From Octopus vulgaris (taxonomy: Eukaryota): a stretch of 64,000 nt of DNA. The stretch spans positions 69,006,001 through 69,070,000 of the forward strand of contig OX597832.1 in assembly GCA_951406725.2 (NCBI GenBank), written 5' to 3'. The notes under the pieces were generated by a model, which searched no databases, was not told the DNA's origin, and was given only the letters and a program-made list of their open reading frames with translations. Positions 13,084 through 27,700 of the stretch are shown in pieces. The translations under genes were made by a program, and so were the position numbers. Positions within the stretch are counted from its first letter, which is position 1. Every line of letters starts with the position of its first letter.

Positions 13084-13882
13084 CAAACATTCACCATAAA
13101 AACGTAAATATATATTATATATATCCTATATTTGTGTTTGTATTCATAGATAGGGAGACAGATATAGACGTAGATACAGAGTATGTTACTTTTAACTTAT
13201 CATTGCCAATGTACAATCAACGATTATACTATTTTCTGATATTTACCATCAACACTTCAAGTCTTTGATTGGAGAAAATAGATTTTTCTCCACATCTTAT
13301 TTTATTTATTATCTATCTCTATAATAAAATAAAATGTTTATTTTATGGGTAACCAATTTTACTCTACTCTCTTCATTTTAGCCATCGATTTGTTTGTCGG
13401 GTTTTCTTTACTATATTTATTTTTTGTTTTTGTATTTATATATTTACATATTGCTTTTATATGAATAATTGTTATGATATATGAAAATTGCATATGTATG
13501 TATGTGAGTGAATGTGTCTGTCTGTGTGTTCTCAGTCTCTCAGTCAGAATATCTATGTATGCCTTTCTCTTATTTCATTTAGTCGTTTTTCCTCTCTCTC
13601 TTTCCTCACCCCCTTCTCTCTCTTTACTGTGCTTGTTTCTCACTCTCTCTCTCTGAGTTTCAGTTTGTTTGTATTGCTCTCCCTCATTGAGTTTCTGCGT
13701 ATGTGTATATGCCTCCCTCTCTCCACTCTGTCTTTCTCTATCACTGTGTACATCTCTCTACGTGTATGCTTCTCTCACCTTCTCTCCCAATATGTATGCC
13801 TCACTCAGTCTATTAGATTCTCTTCCCCTCATTGTGACCAATGGGTAACTCTATCTCTATCTATCTATCTATCTATCTATCT

Positions 13883-15000
13883 AAAAGAGGCCGAGGAAGG
13901 GCGAATGGCACTGCGAGTGTCGCGTTGCTCTCAAGCAACTCTGCCGTCCTGGGTCGACCTTAAGTGACTTCAACACAACCAAAGCATTCTATAGGGGTTT
14001 AGTGGAGGGGAGGTACGACGACGAGCTCGGGGCGAACCTGGACGTCGACGAGGAGTACCTGACCCGCCTGTTCAGGACGACTTTCGGGCCAGGGCCCATG
14101 GACAACTTCCAGAGATCCCTGGCCTGGCAGTGCTACCGAGAAGCGCTACCCATTCGGGATAAGCTCTACAGACACGGCTCGAGAAACACGGGGCCGACCT
14201 GCCCGAGATGCGGTCAGAGCGACGAAACCGTTCTGCACGCACTCGTTCAGTGTCCAACAATTTCCGACCTGTGGGCTTATGTCGAACAACTGCTGTCACG
14301 TGTGGGACGAGTCGGTTTATCAGCTGAGTCTATCGTCAATATTGTCACGCCTCCTTCCTTCAAACGGGAAGGAAGAGCTATTTTCATCATCCTTGTGGCT
14401 ATGGCGAAAGAATGTATCTGGTGGACGCGTCTGAAAGGATTGGAGATAAACACTTTCCTCTCTGGTCAATCTCTCATCAACTTCTTCAAGTACCACTTGA
14501 AAAGGAAAGTGAGAGTAGAGAGGCAAGTTTTGTCTAGCGAATGTTTTAAAAAAAGATGGGTGAATGTAGCAAGAATGGCACGTATGAATGACGAAGCCAC
14601 CTTGAGCATAGTCCTATGAACCCAGAAATCGAAAAGAGAGTTGCTTATTTGCAAAAAAAAAAAAAAAAAAAGAAATATAAAATGTGACTTCATTGACCGA
14701 GGTTACCGTGGTCTTTTCCGTAGGCTTTTCTTTCCACGGGTAAACCTCACCTGTCCTCCCCTTTACACTTCATATTGACATTTCTGTGATAACGATCCCT
14801 ATTGATCAATTTTTTTTTTTTCTCTCCCCTTTTTTTTAACCCCCTTTTTTTGTCCTCTTTCTCTCCTTTTACGATCCCTTTTGATCGAAACTCCCCTTCC
14901 TTTTTTTTTTTTTTTTTTTTTTTTTAAACCTTCAAAAGAAAAGCTCTACCTTGTAATTTGTTCTATCTGTGTGCAGCCCTGTGTGGCTAATAAAGAAACA
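13883..15000 (+). mobile_element. 5'-truncated L1/Tx1-clade LINE (C-terminal zinc-binding domain plus 3' UTR) inserted in (TATC)n
   Basis: GC- and CpG-rich ORF 14002-14619 with ALPIRDKL..CPRCGQSDETVLHALVQC (zf-RVT type). T-rich 3' UTR, AATAAA at 14989, (TATC)n on both sides. Confidence 0.88.
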
Positions 15001-15435
<435 letters not shown>

Positions 15436-16558
15436 ATATGCCTGGAAAATTGAACACTGCACTTTTACTTCAGATACGGCAGATGTGTAATGTTGGTGCA
15501 AAAAATAAAACCCATAAATAAATGCAAAACAACAATAATGAGGTGAAAAATTCTTAGTTTTACCATTTTGAATTCAGTTCAATAAAATTGCTTCTATATA
15601 ATTGTAGATGTGTATTAATTGCTGATGGTACAGAGCAGGACAAGGCAATTCAATAATTTGAAAACAAAATTGAAAATCACAATTTCGGAATAACTAACGG
15701 TAGAGAATGGTTGTGTGTGTGTTTTTGTGTCTATGTCTGAAGTTAAGGCAAAACTCAAAACTTTACTGCTTTTTTTTTACTTCTTAAAACTGCAGCAAAT
15801 TTATAGCTATTTAATAAAGGTATATATTATATTTATGAATCTGGTAGATGGTGATATTTGGAAAGACATATGTAATTTATCTATTAAGAAAAAATTCCTC
15901 AATGAAGTAGAATTTGCTATTCAGTTGGAAAAGAAGAGAAGCAAACTAAAAAAATAACAAAAGCTGCAATTGTTATTGACTTTCATTATCAATCTCCTGG
16001 AAGCTGATATATGGGAAAAAAGTAAATAATTTTATCTTTTATTTTTTACTTCATTCAGTCATTAGACTGTGGCTATGCTGGGGCACTACTTGAAGGGTTT
16101 TCGTCAACACTATCGACCCCAGGACTAATTTTTCAAAAAGATTCTGGTGCATATTCTTTTCCCAAAACAATATGTGATGGGGCTATAAACAATCCAGCAG
16201 TGGTGGTGGTCAAGTGTTGGGTGGGACAAACAGAGGCACATACACACACACAGCAGCAGCAGCTTCCATAAAGTTTTCTCTACCAAATTCCTTCACAAGC
16301 CATTGACTGGCCCAGGGCTATATTAGAAGACACTTGTTCCAGGTACCACACAGTGGGATCGAATTCAATACTATGTAGATGTAAAGCAAGCTTTTTAACC
16401 ATATAATGAAGAAGAATTTATCTCTTAGTTGAAGAAGAAAACCAAACAAGTATATAAGCAAATAAATAAAAAGTAAAACATAGCAAATAATGTTTAATGA
16501 GTTTCAATGCAAAGGAAATGTTAATGGTATGCAAGTTGTAATGAATGTTCATGCTTAA

Positions 16559-16781
16559 CCCATTAAGTCCCAGATACTTAAATTTCTGAATATTACTTTT
16601 AAAATTTTACAAATGATTGAAAACAGGTTAAAATGAAAACAAATTATTATTAAAACCCCTTCACTTCAAGTAAAAGTAGAAATGCTCAATGTCCTATAAA
16701 TAGGACACTGAGACAATGTGATATAGCTTATTTAATGTTCTCATTTAGTGTCCTATTTACAGGACAGTGGGACTTAATGGG
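16559..16781. mobile_element. piggyBac-type MITE
   Basis: TTAA|CCCATTAAGTCCCA ... TGGGACTTAATGGG|TTGA: 14 bp perfect TIRs, CCC/GGG ends, TTAA-like target site. Confidence 0.75.
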
Positions 16782-17085
16782 TTGAATAAAAATTGAAAAT
16801 TTCTGAGTCAGCACAGTGACAGATGTTGAAATGCTTCAAGGCTGTAACATCAACAGAGGAATTGTCTGCTTAGGAAGTTTGGCTGCGTATTTGTGTGTTT
16901 GGGTTCAGTCCTATTGCATGGCACCTTTGGTGAGTTTCTTCATGCATAGCTCCAAACTGAACAATACTTTGAGCCTATGATAGATGGAGGCTGTGTGGTT
17001 CAAAAATTGTACAAAAAACAAAAGGAGACAGGTGAGGGAACAACAAGCAAGGTGTATTCGTTCAATGTGCAGGAAGAAGGAAAGT

Positions 17086-17120
17086 CTTTGACGTTTCAAG
17101 CCTACGCCCTTCTACAGAAA
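17086..17120 (-). ncRNA. Degenerate minimal hammerhead-like motif in a PLE-like repeat
   Basis: Minus strand ttt-CTGTAGA-a-GGGC-gtag-GCTT-GAAA-CG-TC-aaag. Core A6 is replaced by U. Flank resembles 60040-60240. Confidence 0.55.
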
Positions 17121-19197
17121 TGAATGAAGAGAGAAAACAGACAGAGGAAAGTACACATATTCGTATATAGAAGAGACTATCTGTGTGTGTGGAAGTTGTA
17201 TGTATATGCACAAGTATCCGTTTCTCTCTTGCCAGTTGATAACCAATGCTAGTTTATTAACTTAGCAGTTAAACAAAAAGTACCTGATCAAATAAGCACA
17301 GGATTGATTTCCCTGACTGACCCCTTTGAGTAGGTGTCCCAGCATAGCCACAGGTCATTGACTGAAACAAGTAGCAGAACAAATGAAATAGCTCTAATGT
17401 CTCAGTCATACATGTTGAGAAATCATGTTGCTGGTGATGTTCTGAGTGACAAACACAAATCGAGGAATTCAAAATTACTTCCTAATGAAAGAGTGTCTGC
17501 AGTATTTAATGATTCTTACAGAAAAAAAAAAGAGAAATAAATGCAAGGGATTAATGATTAATTGTACTCAAAATGTTCCGTTAAATCTGATGTTTTTGTA
17601 ATCAGAACAGCTACAGTTACCCAGAAGTTTCAATGTTATTGAATCTCCTCAGTGTAGCATAAGTCATCTTAAGCTGGCTGATGAGTAGAAACATGTCCCT
17701 GGCATTACTTCTTACTGATATAATTTTAGTCCTTTTTGATACAAAAAGTAAGGTGAAAATATTTACAAACATGTGTTTCTAATTCAGCTACAAGGCCAAC
17801 AATTCTGTGGGAAAGGTTTTTGTTGATACCATCAAAGAACTTGATCAGTACTTTATTTCATTAAAGGGGAGGAGGTGTGGGAGGAGGAGGAGGAGGAGGA
17901 GTTCCTTATTATCGTTTTCATTATCATTATTATTTAATATTCGTCTCCATTTCTGGCAGAGGACTTGGCTCCACTGTCTGTTTTGGTATGGCTTCTGTGG
18001 CTTGATTCCCTTCCCAACACCAACCACTTTACAGAGTAGACTATGTGCCTTTCACGTGACATAAGCGCTGGTGAGATCACCAAGCAACTTGCAAGAGAAA
18101 GATCCTTTGAGAATGGAGAGGCATTAGAGGAGCTGGTTTTGTGAGGGGTTAGAGTGTGACAGACAGACAGAGACAGGTGTCTTGCTGTAGAGGAGATACG
18201 TGGTTACCCCAGTCAGGAGGAGAAGAGACAGAGAGATCAAGAATGTGAGAGAGAAAGAGCGATCGAGAATGTGAAGGAGAAAGAGGGAGAGCAAGAGAGA
18301 TGTGGTGATGTGCTCAGGCATACTCTCAAGGTTTGGGGATGAGAATGTGTATGACATGGTAGAGCATTGCTGAAGGTGCACGAGTAGGGAGTTCATATGA
18401 CCACAAAGGTAGTGTGCAGGGTCTGGTGAAACCTGTGGGGAACAACAGGATAGCAATGATACAGTTGGAAGGTCAAAGAAGACAGGAGTGGGTTGAAAAA
18501 ACTGGGAGGAAGAGATAAGCATAGCACACAAAAAAGAGGAAATGTGGTAAACAGAATGTCTTGGTATACTTCTTTGTGAGTTGTGTGTTGGTACTATAAG
18601 ACATTTAGAATCAGATGAAGCATTCTGGTGTACATGCCGTTTAAAATAAACAAAAGTGTATTCAACTGGAAACCTTAAGAGGTTCATTTTAATTTTTCAT
18701 GGAAGATTAGATTTCTATATCCAAACAGTTAAGTAGAACCCTATTTGTTACTAATCCTGATTTCTGTGTTAATTTTGTAGAGAACTAGAAATACTATGGA
18801 AGACATATCTCTAATCTAGAAGTGATACAGTAATCCAGATTTGAAAATGTAATCCCCTGATATAATCTGCAGTAAAATATACATATTTTGGCAGCAATTG
18901 CACCAGTGATGCTTGTCTAGTAACTTCTGAAGCATTATAGAAATCCATTATCATCATCTTCACTATTTACTGTCCAGCTTCTGTGCTGGCAGAGGCTTTA
19001 TATTTTCATTGTGGATCTAATGGCTCAGAGAACTGCATCATATTCCAGTGTTTACTTTGATTTGGTTTCTTTTGCAGAATGCCCTTCCTAACACCAGCAA
19101 CATTACAGATTGTATGGGGTATTTTGCTTATTGTGACACCTGAACCAGTAAATATTGCCCCTTAACTTGCAAGGATATGGGCTTAATGAGGGAGAAT

Positions 19198-19231
<34 letters not shown>

Positions 19232-20094
19232 GAGATGGTAAAAAGAGGAATGGGAAGAGGAAAGGATGGGAAGCATGGCAGGGAAGAAGGAACATTGAAA
19301 GGATTAGTAACAGGAGTTATTGAGAGAAAGAGTTGAGACATAGGTGAAAGGTGATAGAGTGCATTATGTAAGGCAGTGGGATCAAACCAAAACTCTTGAG
19401 AAATTATTTGGATGAAAAAGCCATAAAAGTTGAAGGGTTAAGAATTTCTTAATTTCTCTTCATTCTACCATTCTTCAGAGATAATAGGATCCTAAGCTAA
19501 ATTAAACAAGTTCTGACTATTTTAGAAATGGATAAGCTAATTTTCATAAGTCTTTTTCCAAATTAAATTGATTCATTTTTGCAAATCTTCTCTTCACCCA
19601 TAGCTTTGGGAAAAGAATAGAATAAAAAGCACAAATTATATCTTCCAAAATCTGAGATGGAAATATTTTGTGGCAAGTTGGAAGTTGAAAGTTTTATGGA
19701 TGTAAAACAAAATTATTCTGAGAAATCACTAAGACAATTGCTTCCTAAATATTCAGAATTAAAATAGTTATCATCATCATCATCGTCATTATTATTAAGA
19801 CAGTAAGCTGGCCAAATCGTTAACATGCTGGGTAAAATGCTTAGTGGTATTTCATCTGTCACTATGCTCTGAGTTCAAATTTTGCCAAGGTCGATTTTAC
19901 CTTTTATCCTTTCAGAGTCAGTAAATTAAGTACCAGTCAAATATTGGGGTCAGTATAATTGACTATCCCCCTCCCTCTAAATTTCAGGCCTTGTGCTTAT
20001 AGTAGAAAGGATTATTATAATTATTATTATTATTATTATTATTATTACTGCCTCTGCACAGCTTCTAACACTGGAGATGTACTACGGTGCCAGC

Positions 20095-20579
<485 letters not shown>

Positions 20580-21880
20580 CTGCAAGCTGGCAGAATTGTT
20601 AGCACACTGTACAAAATGGTAAGTGGCATTTTGTTTGTCTTGACATTCTGAGTTCAAATTCTGCTCTGGTTGACTTGACATTCATCCTTTTAGGGCCGAT
20701 GAAATTACTACCAGTTGTGCACTGGAATCAATGTAAACAACTAGACATCTATCCACCAATTTTAGGCCTTGTGCCTATCATACAAATTATTATTGTTGTT
20801 GTTATTATTGAAGGACCAGATTGGCAGAAATGTTAGAGTTTTGGAAAACATTGTTTGAGCTATTTCTTCCTGCTCTTTGTGTTCTCCATTCAAATCTTGC
20901 CAAATCAACTTTGTCTTGCATTTTTTTGGAGTTGATAAAATAAAGTACCAGTTAAATATTGGGGTTAATAACGTACCTCTATATAAAAACTGCTGGCCTG
21001 GGGCTTAGATTAAAAATCAGTCTTACAGCAAACAGCTTTTCCTCTCCTCTTTTTGGGGTCAATAAAATAAAGTCCACATCTAGTCCTAGGGTTAATATAA
21101 TCAATAAAAAAAATCTCCCACAAAAAATTATTGATATTATACCGTTTTGTACAAAGATTATTATTATTATTTTTATTGTTGTTATGTTTTCAAATAGAAC
21201 TGGGTCCACATGATGCAGTTAAACACAATATTACAAGCACTACCTTCATTCTTTTCTACAAAGCCATTAATGTAAGAGGGTTTTCATAGCCTATCATGGG
21301 GGCTGACATCATTCTCAACACACACACAAACAAACAAAATATAAAAAATGTATGAAAGCACAATTTCATAAGAATTCATAGTCTTTTAGAAAATTTACTA
21401 AAAGGAAAAAAGGAAAGAGAATAACATATTAACCACCATTTTCTTTCGCTTTGTTTTCTTTTGTTTTTTTTGTTTTGTTTTTTTTGGTGGCGGTGGTGGT
21501 GGTGGGGAGGGGGTTCTTTTCCATAATAGATTTATTACAAATCAAAAGTTTATCAGCTATTTACATTTAAAGCATATGATTTGCGCAGCTTTTTTTTTTA
21601 ATGCTGGGCCAAACACATCTAGCTGCTACATAACCATATTGGTTCAATAAAAGACTTCCTTTGAGACTCTTATCTGCTGGAATAAAAAATACCTAAGCCA
21701 AAAGAAATAAAAAAACAAATAACAAACCAGGAAAATAAAATATATAAAAAACAGAAAGGCTGGGAATAAGGTTAATACAAAGATGAAAGTTTAACACACT
21801 TTAGATAATAATACTAATAATAATGGTGTAAAAGAAAACAAAACTAAATGAAATATGAAAATAAAAATCCGATAATATAC

Positions 21881-21984
21881 CTCTTTGTTGAATCATTTGT
21901 TTCTTTTTTAAGTTCTGCAACCTGTGACCGGCTGGCTTCGAGATCTGTTGCCGTTCGGTCTACTGTTTTCTTTAGGGCGTCCAG
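21881..21984 (-). CDS. Internal coding exon, coiled-coil-like peptide LDALKKTVDRTATDLEASRSQVAELKKETNDSTK
   Basis: Minus strand: acceptor gtatcttccag|CTG, donor AAGAG|gtatat, 104 nt (phase 0 to phase 2). GC/CpG island within AT-rich flanks. L/V/L/V spaced 7 residues apart. Confidence 0.65.
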
Positions 21985-22070
21985 CTGGAAGATACGCATA
22001 ACCCTGATTAGAGAATACTTCAAAGAGGAATATCAAAAACACCAAAAATTACAATACAATACACAGACAT

Positions 22071-22135
<65 letters not shown>

Positions 22136-22777
22136 ATATACAAGCACACAAATATATAGACATATACATATATATTGTTATTGAGTTGGGACTATTTTGC
22201 TATCAATATCTATTGGCAGGGACTTATCATTCTGGTACATTTATGAATTAGAAAACAATGTGTTATCATGGAAAGATATCAAAGGAGCATTTATAAAAAA
22301 AAAATTTTAAAGGTTGGAAAAGTATGTAAAGAAAATGTTATCAGGGAGCCTGTATGAGTATGTGTGTATCTGTATATGTGCCAGGGAGCAAGACAGAGAG
22401 AGAGATATATTATATAAGGGTGAGTACAAGAAGGACAGAAAGATGGCAAAAGACTGTAAGAGGGAGGGGAAGAGAGAGACAGAGGAAAAAGAGAGAGAGA
22501 CTGCATGGAGATGAAAGAGAAATAACACAAAGCAGTATTTTTGAAACGGCCTCAGAATTTTTACTAAGCACCGTTTACAAAACAATCACAAGATGAAAAC
22601 TTGTAAGTGCTGTCATTTGCGGTGTGCTGAATGGACAGAATGGTTTATAAACCTTAGATTTTATTCTGGTGAATCTAGCAATATTTTGCCATTGCAATAA
22701 CTACACTTAAGAATTAAAGCATTGTTGGGGAAGGGAGTGCAAATATTTGATAGATTGTATCAATATATATTATATTA

Positions 22778-22813
<36 letters not shown>

Positions 22814-24242
22814 TGATAAACAAGCCATACATGCACACTGCTTCATTCCTTTAGTTAACACCACTAATCAATGACATGATAGATAAATATCTGGGTTATC
22901 TTAAAAGCAGGGAATTAAAGCTCAATTCTTTATTTCTGCACTCAATGCAGAAGTATATAGCTATTTTTTTTTTATACTGTATTTTGTTACATAGTTCTAA
23001 TAAACCAATCACTGCTTTACAGCATTTTTGACAATGTTGTATGCAAAGGCTGAGCTATTAATTTGATACAGAACAAATATTGCCGAAATTTTCATTTGAA
23101 ATGCACCAGATCTTTGCAGATATTTATAACCTCTGCAATTATTAGTTTTTTTTTTCATGAGGGCAATATAATCCAATAAATCTTTTACTGAGATGTTTCT
23201 TTGTGAATTTAATGAGACTTAACTATTGTTTCTACCAGTGCTAGTGACCTAGTAGAGGTATTCACATTGGCTTAAAGGCATAACAGAGAAAAAATAAAAA
23301 CTAATGTTTTATGTTGTATTGCAAGCTTAAGTGAAGACACTTTACTTTTAATCTTTTGTCACCAATGTTATTTTACCTCATTGTTACATATCTTATTGTA
23401 GTGAATATGAACTTTTGACCAACCAGAGACATGCAGACTATTTTTAGCTTTTTAAGAGAACCCATGGTTTCTCACCTACTGATAATGTCGTTAACCTTGG
23501 GTCAGCTGCAGAATGTCACATCTTAATTAGCTATCAATTAGTCATCAGCATTGAGTTTAGTAACCTATCATATAATATGATAGGTTACTTTAAATCATGA
23601 GCAATTTTAAGCAATGAAAAAATCACCTGCTGACTGTCATTTCTACTACTTTAAAATCACGTACATTATATACAAGCTCTGTTTGCTGTTACTCGTTATT
23701 TCCTTATAAGCATTTTGACTCTGCAAATGTGAGTACATGTATGAGCATTTTCTAAACTCATATCTTGTCAATGGCCATCTAACAATGTGAACTTATGCAT
23801 ATATTGTTTATATACTTTCGTTTTATTCATATTTTTAAATGTTAAGTTTTCTTTATATGTATACATATATATATCTATTTTCATATTCATATTTTCTTAT
23901 TATCTATATTCCTTTTTATATAATTATATTTTTATATTCTTTGTATTCTTTGAACACATCTTTTATTTTTTTATATTCTTTTGTATTCTTTGAACACATC
24001 TATATGTGTTCTGTGTGTGTGTTGAGCCACCAACCCACAGCCCATTGGTAGATCAAGTCATAACATCACAACTTAATCTGGGACCTGGTCTGCATTTGAC
24101 AAGTGGCACACTGTGCACCCACACTGGTTATGCTTTCTGGGTGGAGAAAAGGGATTTTGTCCCGCACAGGCAAATTTCACTTTGAACAAGCTCAAAGTGC
24201 TGGTTGTTCAGAGACAAGATGAAAGCAAATCAAATCTTTTAT

Positions 24243-24423
24243 TCTTTTACTGGTTTCAGCCATTTGATTATGGTCATGCTGGAGTACCGCTCTTAGTCGA
24301 ACGAATCAACTCCAAGATTTATTCTTTGTAAGCCGAGTACTTATTCAATTGGTCTCTTTAACTGCTAAGTTATGGGGACACAAATACACCAACATTGGTT
24401 GTCAAACATGGACACATAAACGT

Positions 24424-24471
<48 letters not shown>

Positions 24472-24619
24472 CAGTTTTCTTTCAGTTTTCGTCTACCAAC
24501 CCAACTAATAAAGGTTTAGTTGGCCAAAGGCTATAGTAGAAGACACTTACCGAAGGTGCCAGACAGTGGAACTGAACCCAGAACTATGTGGTTAGGAAAC
24601 AAGCTTCTTACCACACAGC

Positions 24620-24622
<3 letters not shown>
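24243..24622 (-). mobile_element. SINE family B, near full length
   Basis: Collinear with 49977-50372, with an internal (TA)n tract. Confidence 0.8.
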
Positions 24623-24661
<39 letters not shown>

Positions 24662-24665
<4 letters not shown>

Positions 24666-24782
24666 CCTGCTCGCTTAGCCAGCGGGGTGGCATCATTTGA
24701 GGGCTAAAACAATGCGAAGCGCATTGTGACCAGCGATGTGTAGCAACATCTGATAGCCTGGTCGGTCACGTGATCACGTGAT
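24662..24782 (+). mobile_element. Short CpG-rich insertion in (TA)n, probable LINE 3' end
   Basis: ~120 bp GC-rich island ending in (CACGTGAT)2, flanked by (TA)n. Confidence 0.5.
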
Positions 24783-27700
24783 ATATATATATATATATAT
24801 ACAAGTGTACGTGAGTCGTGGGGAGGGGATACCTGCATTTCCTTGTCTTAATATCATGCACCAATCATGCATGATATTAAGCCTCACCATCGTACAAGTG
24901 GAGTTTGTTTTCATTTTCCAGTGAAAATGATGTGTCAAGCCAATTGGGAAATATCAGCTTGCTTGGAAACGGGTGGAGATTGGTGACAGAAAGGGTATCC
25001 AGCTAGAGAACATCTGGCTCAGTAAATTCGTGCTGAAATCATAGACGTTGAAATAATGATGATGATGATGATATATGGTGTTACATACGAAGACAAAGGA
25101 CATTATCGTGTTATATTACTGTTTTACATGTGACCAGCAATAATAGAAGCAGTAACAACAACAACAACATTGTATTAAATATCAGGAATAGCCAAAACCT
25201 TCTTAAACAACTTTGCCAGGTAAATGTTTATTACATCTGCTGGAAAATATAACCAGATTTTGCAGTACTAGCCTTAAAATAAAACGATGGTATTAAAGCA
25301 GAGAATAAGCGTAGTTATAAATTCGCGGACATTCATTATTGCATTAAATGTGTAATATCTCATTTTTATGTGAACATTCAGCAGAAATATTTTTATTTTA
25401 TTTATTCCAAAAGAATTCTCTTAACAGATCTACGTTGAGCTGCTCCAACACTTAACTATGCAAATATTGAAGTAGCAGAACATGTTTGATGAGAGGAACA
25501 CAGCAAGGCGTTCCGCTCTAGATTGGTACATTGATCCAGGAGTAAACATGAATAAAATACAATGTCAGCAGTAATGCTTCGACATTTTGTGGCCTATGGC
25601 ATCAACAGTTGAGTCTCTCATGCTTAATTGCTTAATTACTAGTTCATGTTGTTGTTGCTGTTGTCCGTCAGTCATGAATTGGTCCTGATAGAGCAGACTT
25701 ATAATCAAATGTACTTCCACTACCACCATCATCACCATCACCACTACCACCACTACCATCACCCCCACCACCACTATCACCACCACCATTGTTTTAATAT
25801 CCACTTTTACATACTTTCAGGGATTAAATAGAATACACAGAGACAGATTCTTTCTGGTATGATGCCCTTCCTAACTTGAACCCTCATCTTGTTTCCAAAC
25901 AAAGTATTTCCCTAAAGTCTGACTTCTTCACTGAAAACTGGAAATGAACAACACTGCTTGTATGAGGGTGATGCTCATTTACGACCCTCATGGAATGTCA
26001 AGATAAGGTTTCACAACACACACACACACACTAGGCATAAAGCCAACTTTCTCAATCGTAAACCCTCTCCTTCATTTGTGTGTGACCTCACTTGGTGCCA
26101 ATACTATGTAAAAAGCATGGAGTGCATTCTATAATATGATTAGAGTTAAGAAGGGCATTCAGCCATAGAAACAATGCCAAAACAGACGTTGGAAATCAAC
26201 ACAGTCTGCTGGTTTCTTTGATTCTATCAAACAGTCCAACCCATGCCAGAATGGAATTGACCATTAAATGGTGATGGTGATGATGATGTTGATGATGACA
26301 ACACACACACACACGCATTTTGTCAGCTGAGTTTCCATCAACCAAACATATTCATAAGGCTTTGGTTGGTTCAGGGATAAATTAGAAGACACTTGCCCAA
26401 GGTAACACGCAGCAAGACTGAATCAGGAGCTCACATGTTTAGGAAGTGAACTGAGATAATTGCTTAACCACACATCTATACCTTGCACCTGTTGAATGTA
26501 TAATTATTGAGATTCACAAAAGTCACAATACAAAGACATCTCTGTTTGCTTCTTGCAATTATCTTGTTTAAATAATTATTATTATTCAGTTCCTTTGGAT
26601 TCTGTTAACAATGGTGTTTTTTCCTTCCTATACATCTAACACAATTCACCCTACAATAAGCAATTTATCCAGTAATATTTTATGTACATGTGAGTATTTG
26701 AATGAATGTCAACCTCCTCCTCCTCCTCCTTCTCATCTTCACTTAACGTCCGTCTTCCATGCTGGTATGGGTTGGACAGTTTGATAGGAGTTGACCAGGC
26801 TGCAGACTACACCAGGCTAGTGTGTCTGTTTTGGCAGGGATTTTTTATGGCTGGATGCCCTTCTCAACAAGTATAAACTATTAATTAATGGTTTATACTT
26901 GGGTAAAAGGAAATTATATTACAGAAATTGAAGTTGTTGTTTCCTGTCAGCAGCTAAATTACTGCCAGGAAACGAAGATGGCAAGCTTGGATGTAAATGT
27001 CACTCAACCTGAAAAGATTTTCAGTGTGTTGGGGAGAATTCAAGAAGAGAAGCAGCAGCCATGCTGTCAAGCCAACAACAACAACAACAACGACACACAT
27101 AAAAGCATCCTTTGCTGGCTCCACATAAAAGAGCCCTTGCCAGTGCCATGTAAAAAGAACCCAGTATATGCTGGAAAATGGTTGGCATTAGGATGGTGAT
27201 GATGATAACGATGATGATGATGATGATGTATACAAGCTTAGTTGGTGTTCTCACTGTCTGGTATCTTTGCATTTGATGTGTTAACTCAGCTGACAATTTC
27301 CTACAAGAGTAAAGAGATGTTTGTGGTGTTTTTGTTAAAGTTCCTGCAATTCCTATGGGTTTGGGGGAGGGAATTTTGTGACACCACCACCATCATCATC
27401 CTCATCATCCTTACTGTCGTCCATTTCCATCGCCATCATTCTCGTTCTCATCATCATTGTCACAATGACCATCTTTGCTGTTATCGTCATCACTGTGATG
27501 ATCAAAATGATGCTGACGCTGATCCCCCTCACCATTGTCATCATGATGATTGTGATGATGATAATAATGCTGGGGACAAGGACGAGGCTGATGACTAATG
27601 AGATCCTGATCAATGAATGAGAGCAACAATGATTGATAATGATTAGTGACTATCAACATGATTGCAAGCATATAAAGAAGATACTATACTGGTGATGATT

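Noticed and set aside
18124-18687. 187 aa minus-strand ORF
   Set aside because: Mostly the complement of a GA-rich tract, giving S/L/F-biased sequence with no recognisable domain.
23933-24001. ~28 bp direct repeat ending attctttgaacacatct
   Set aside because: Simple local slippage duplication in T-rich DNA.
25400-25560. Possible exon in a CpG-containing unique stretch
   Set aside because: Frames examined on both strands close within about 20 codons, and no convincing donor/acceptor pair was found.
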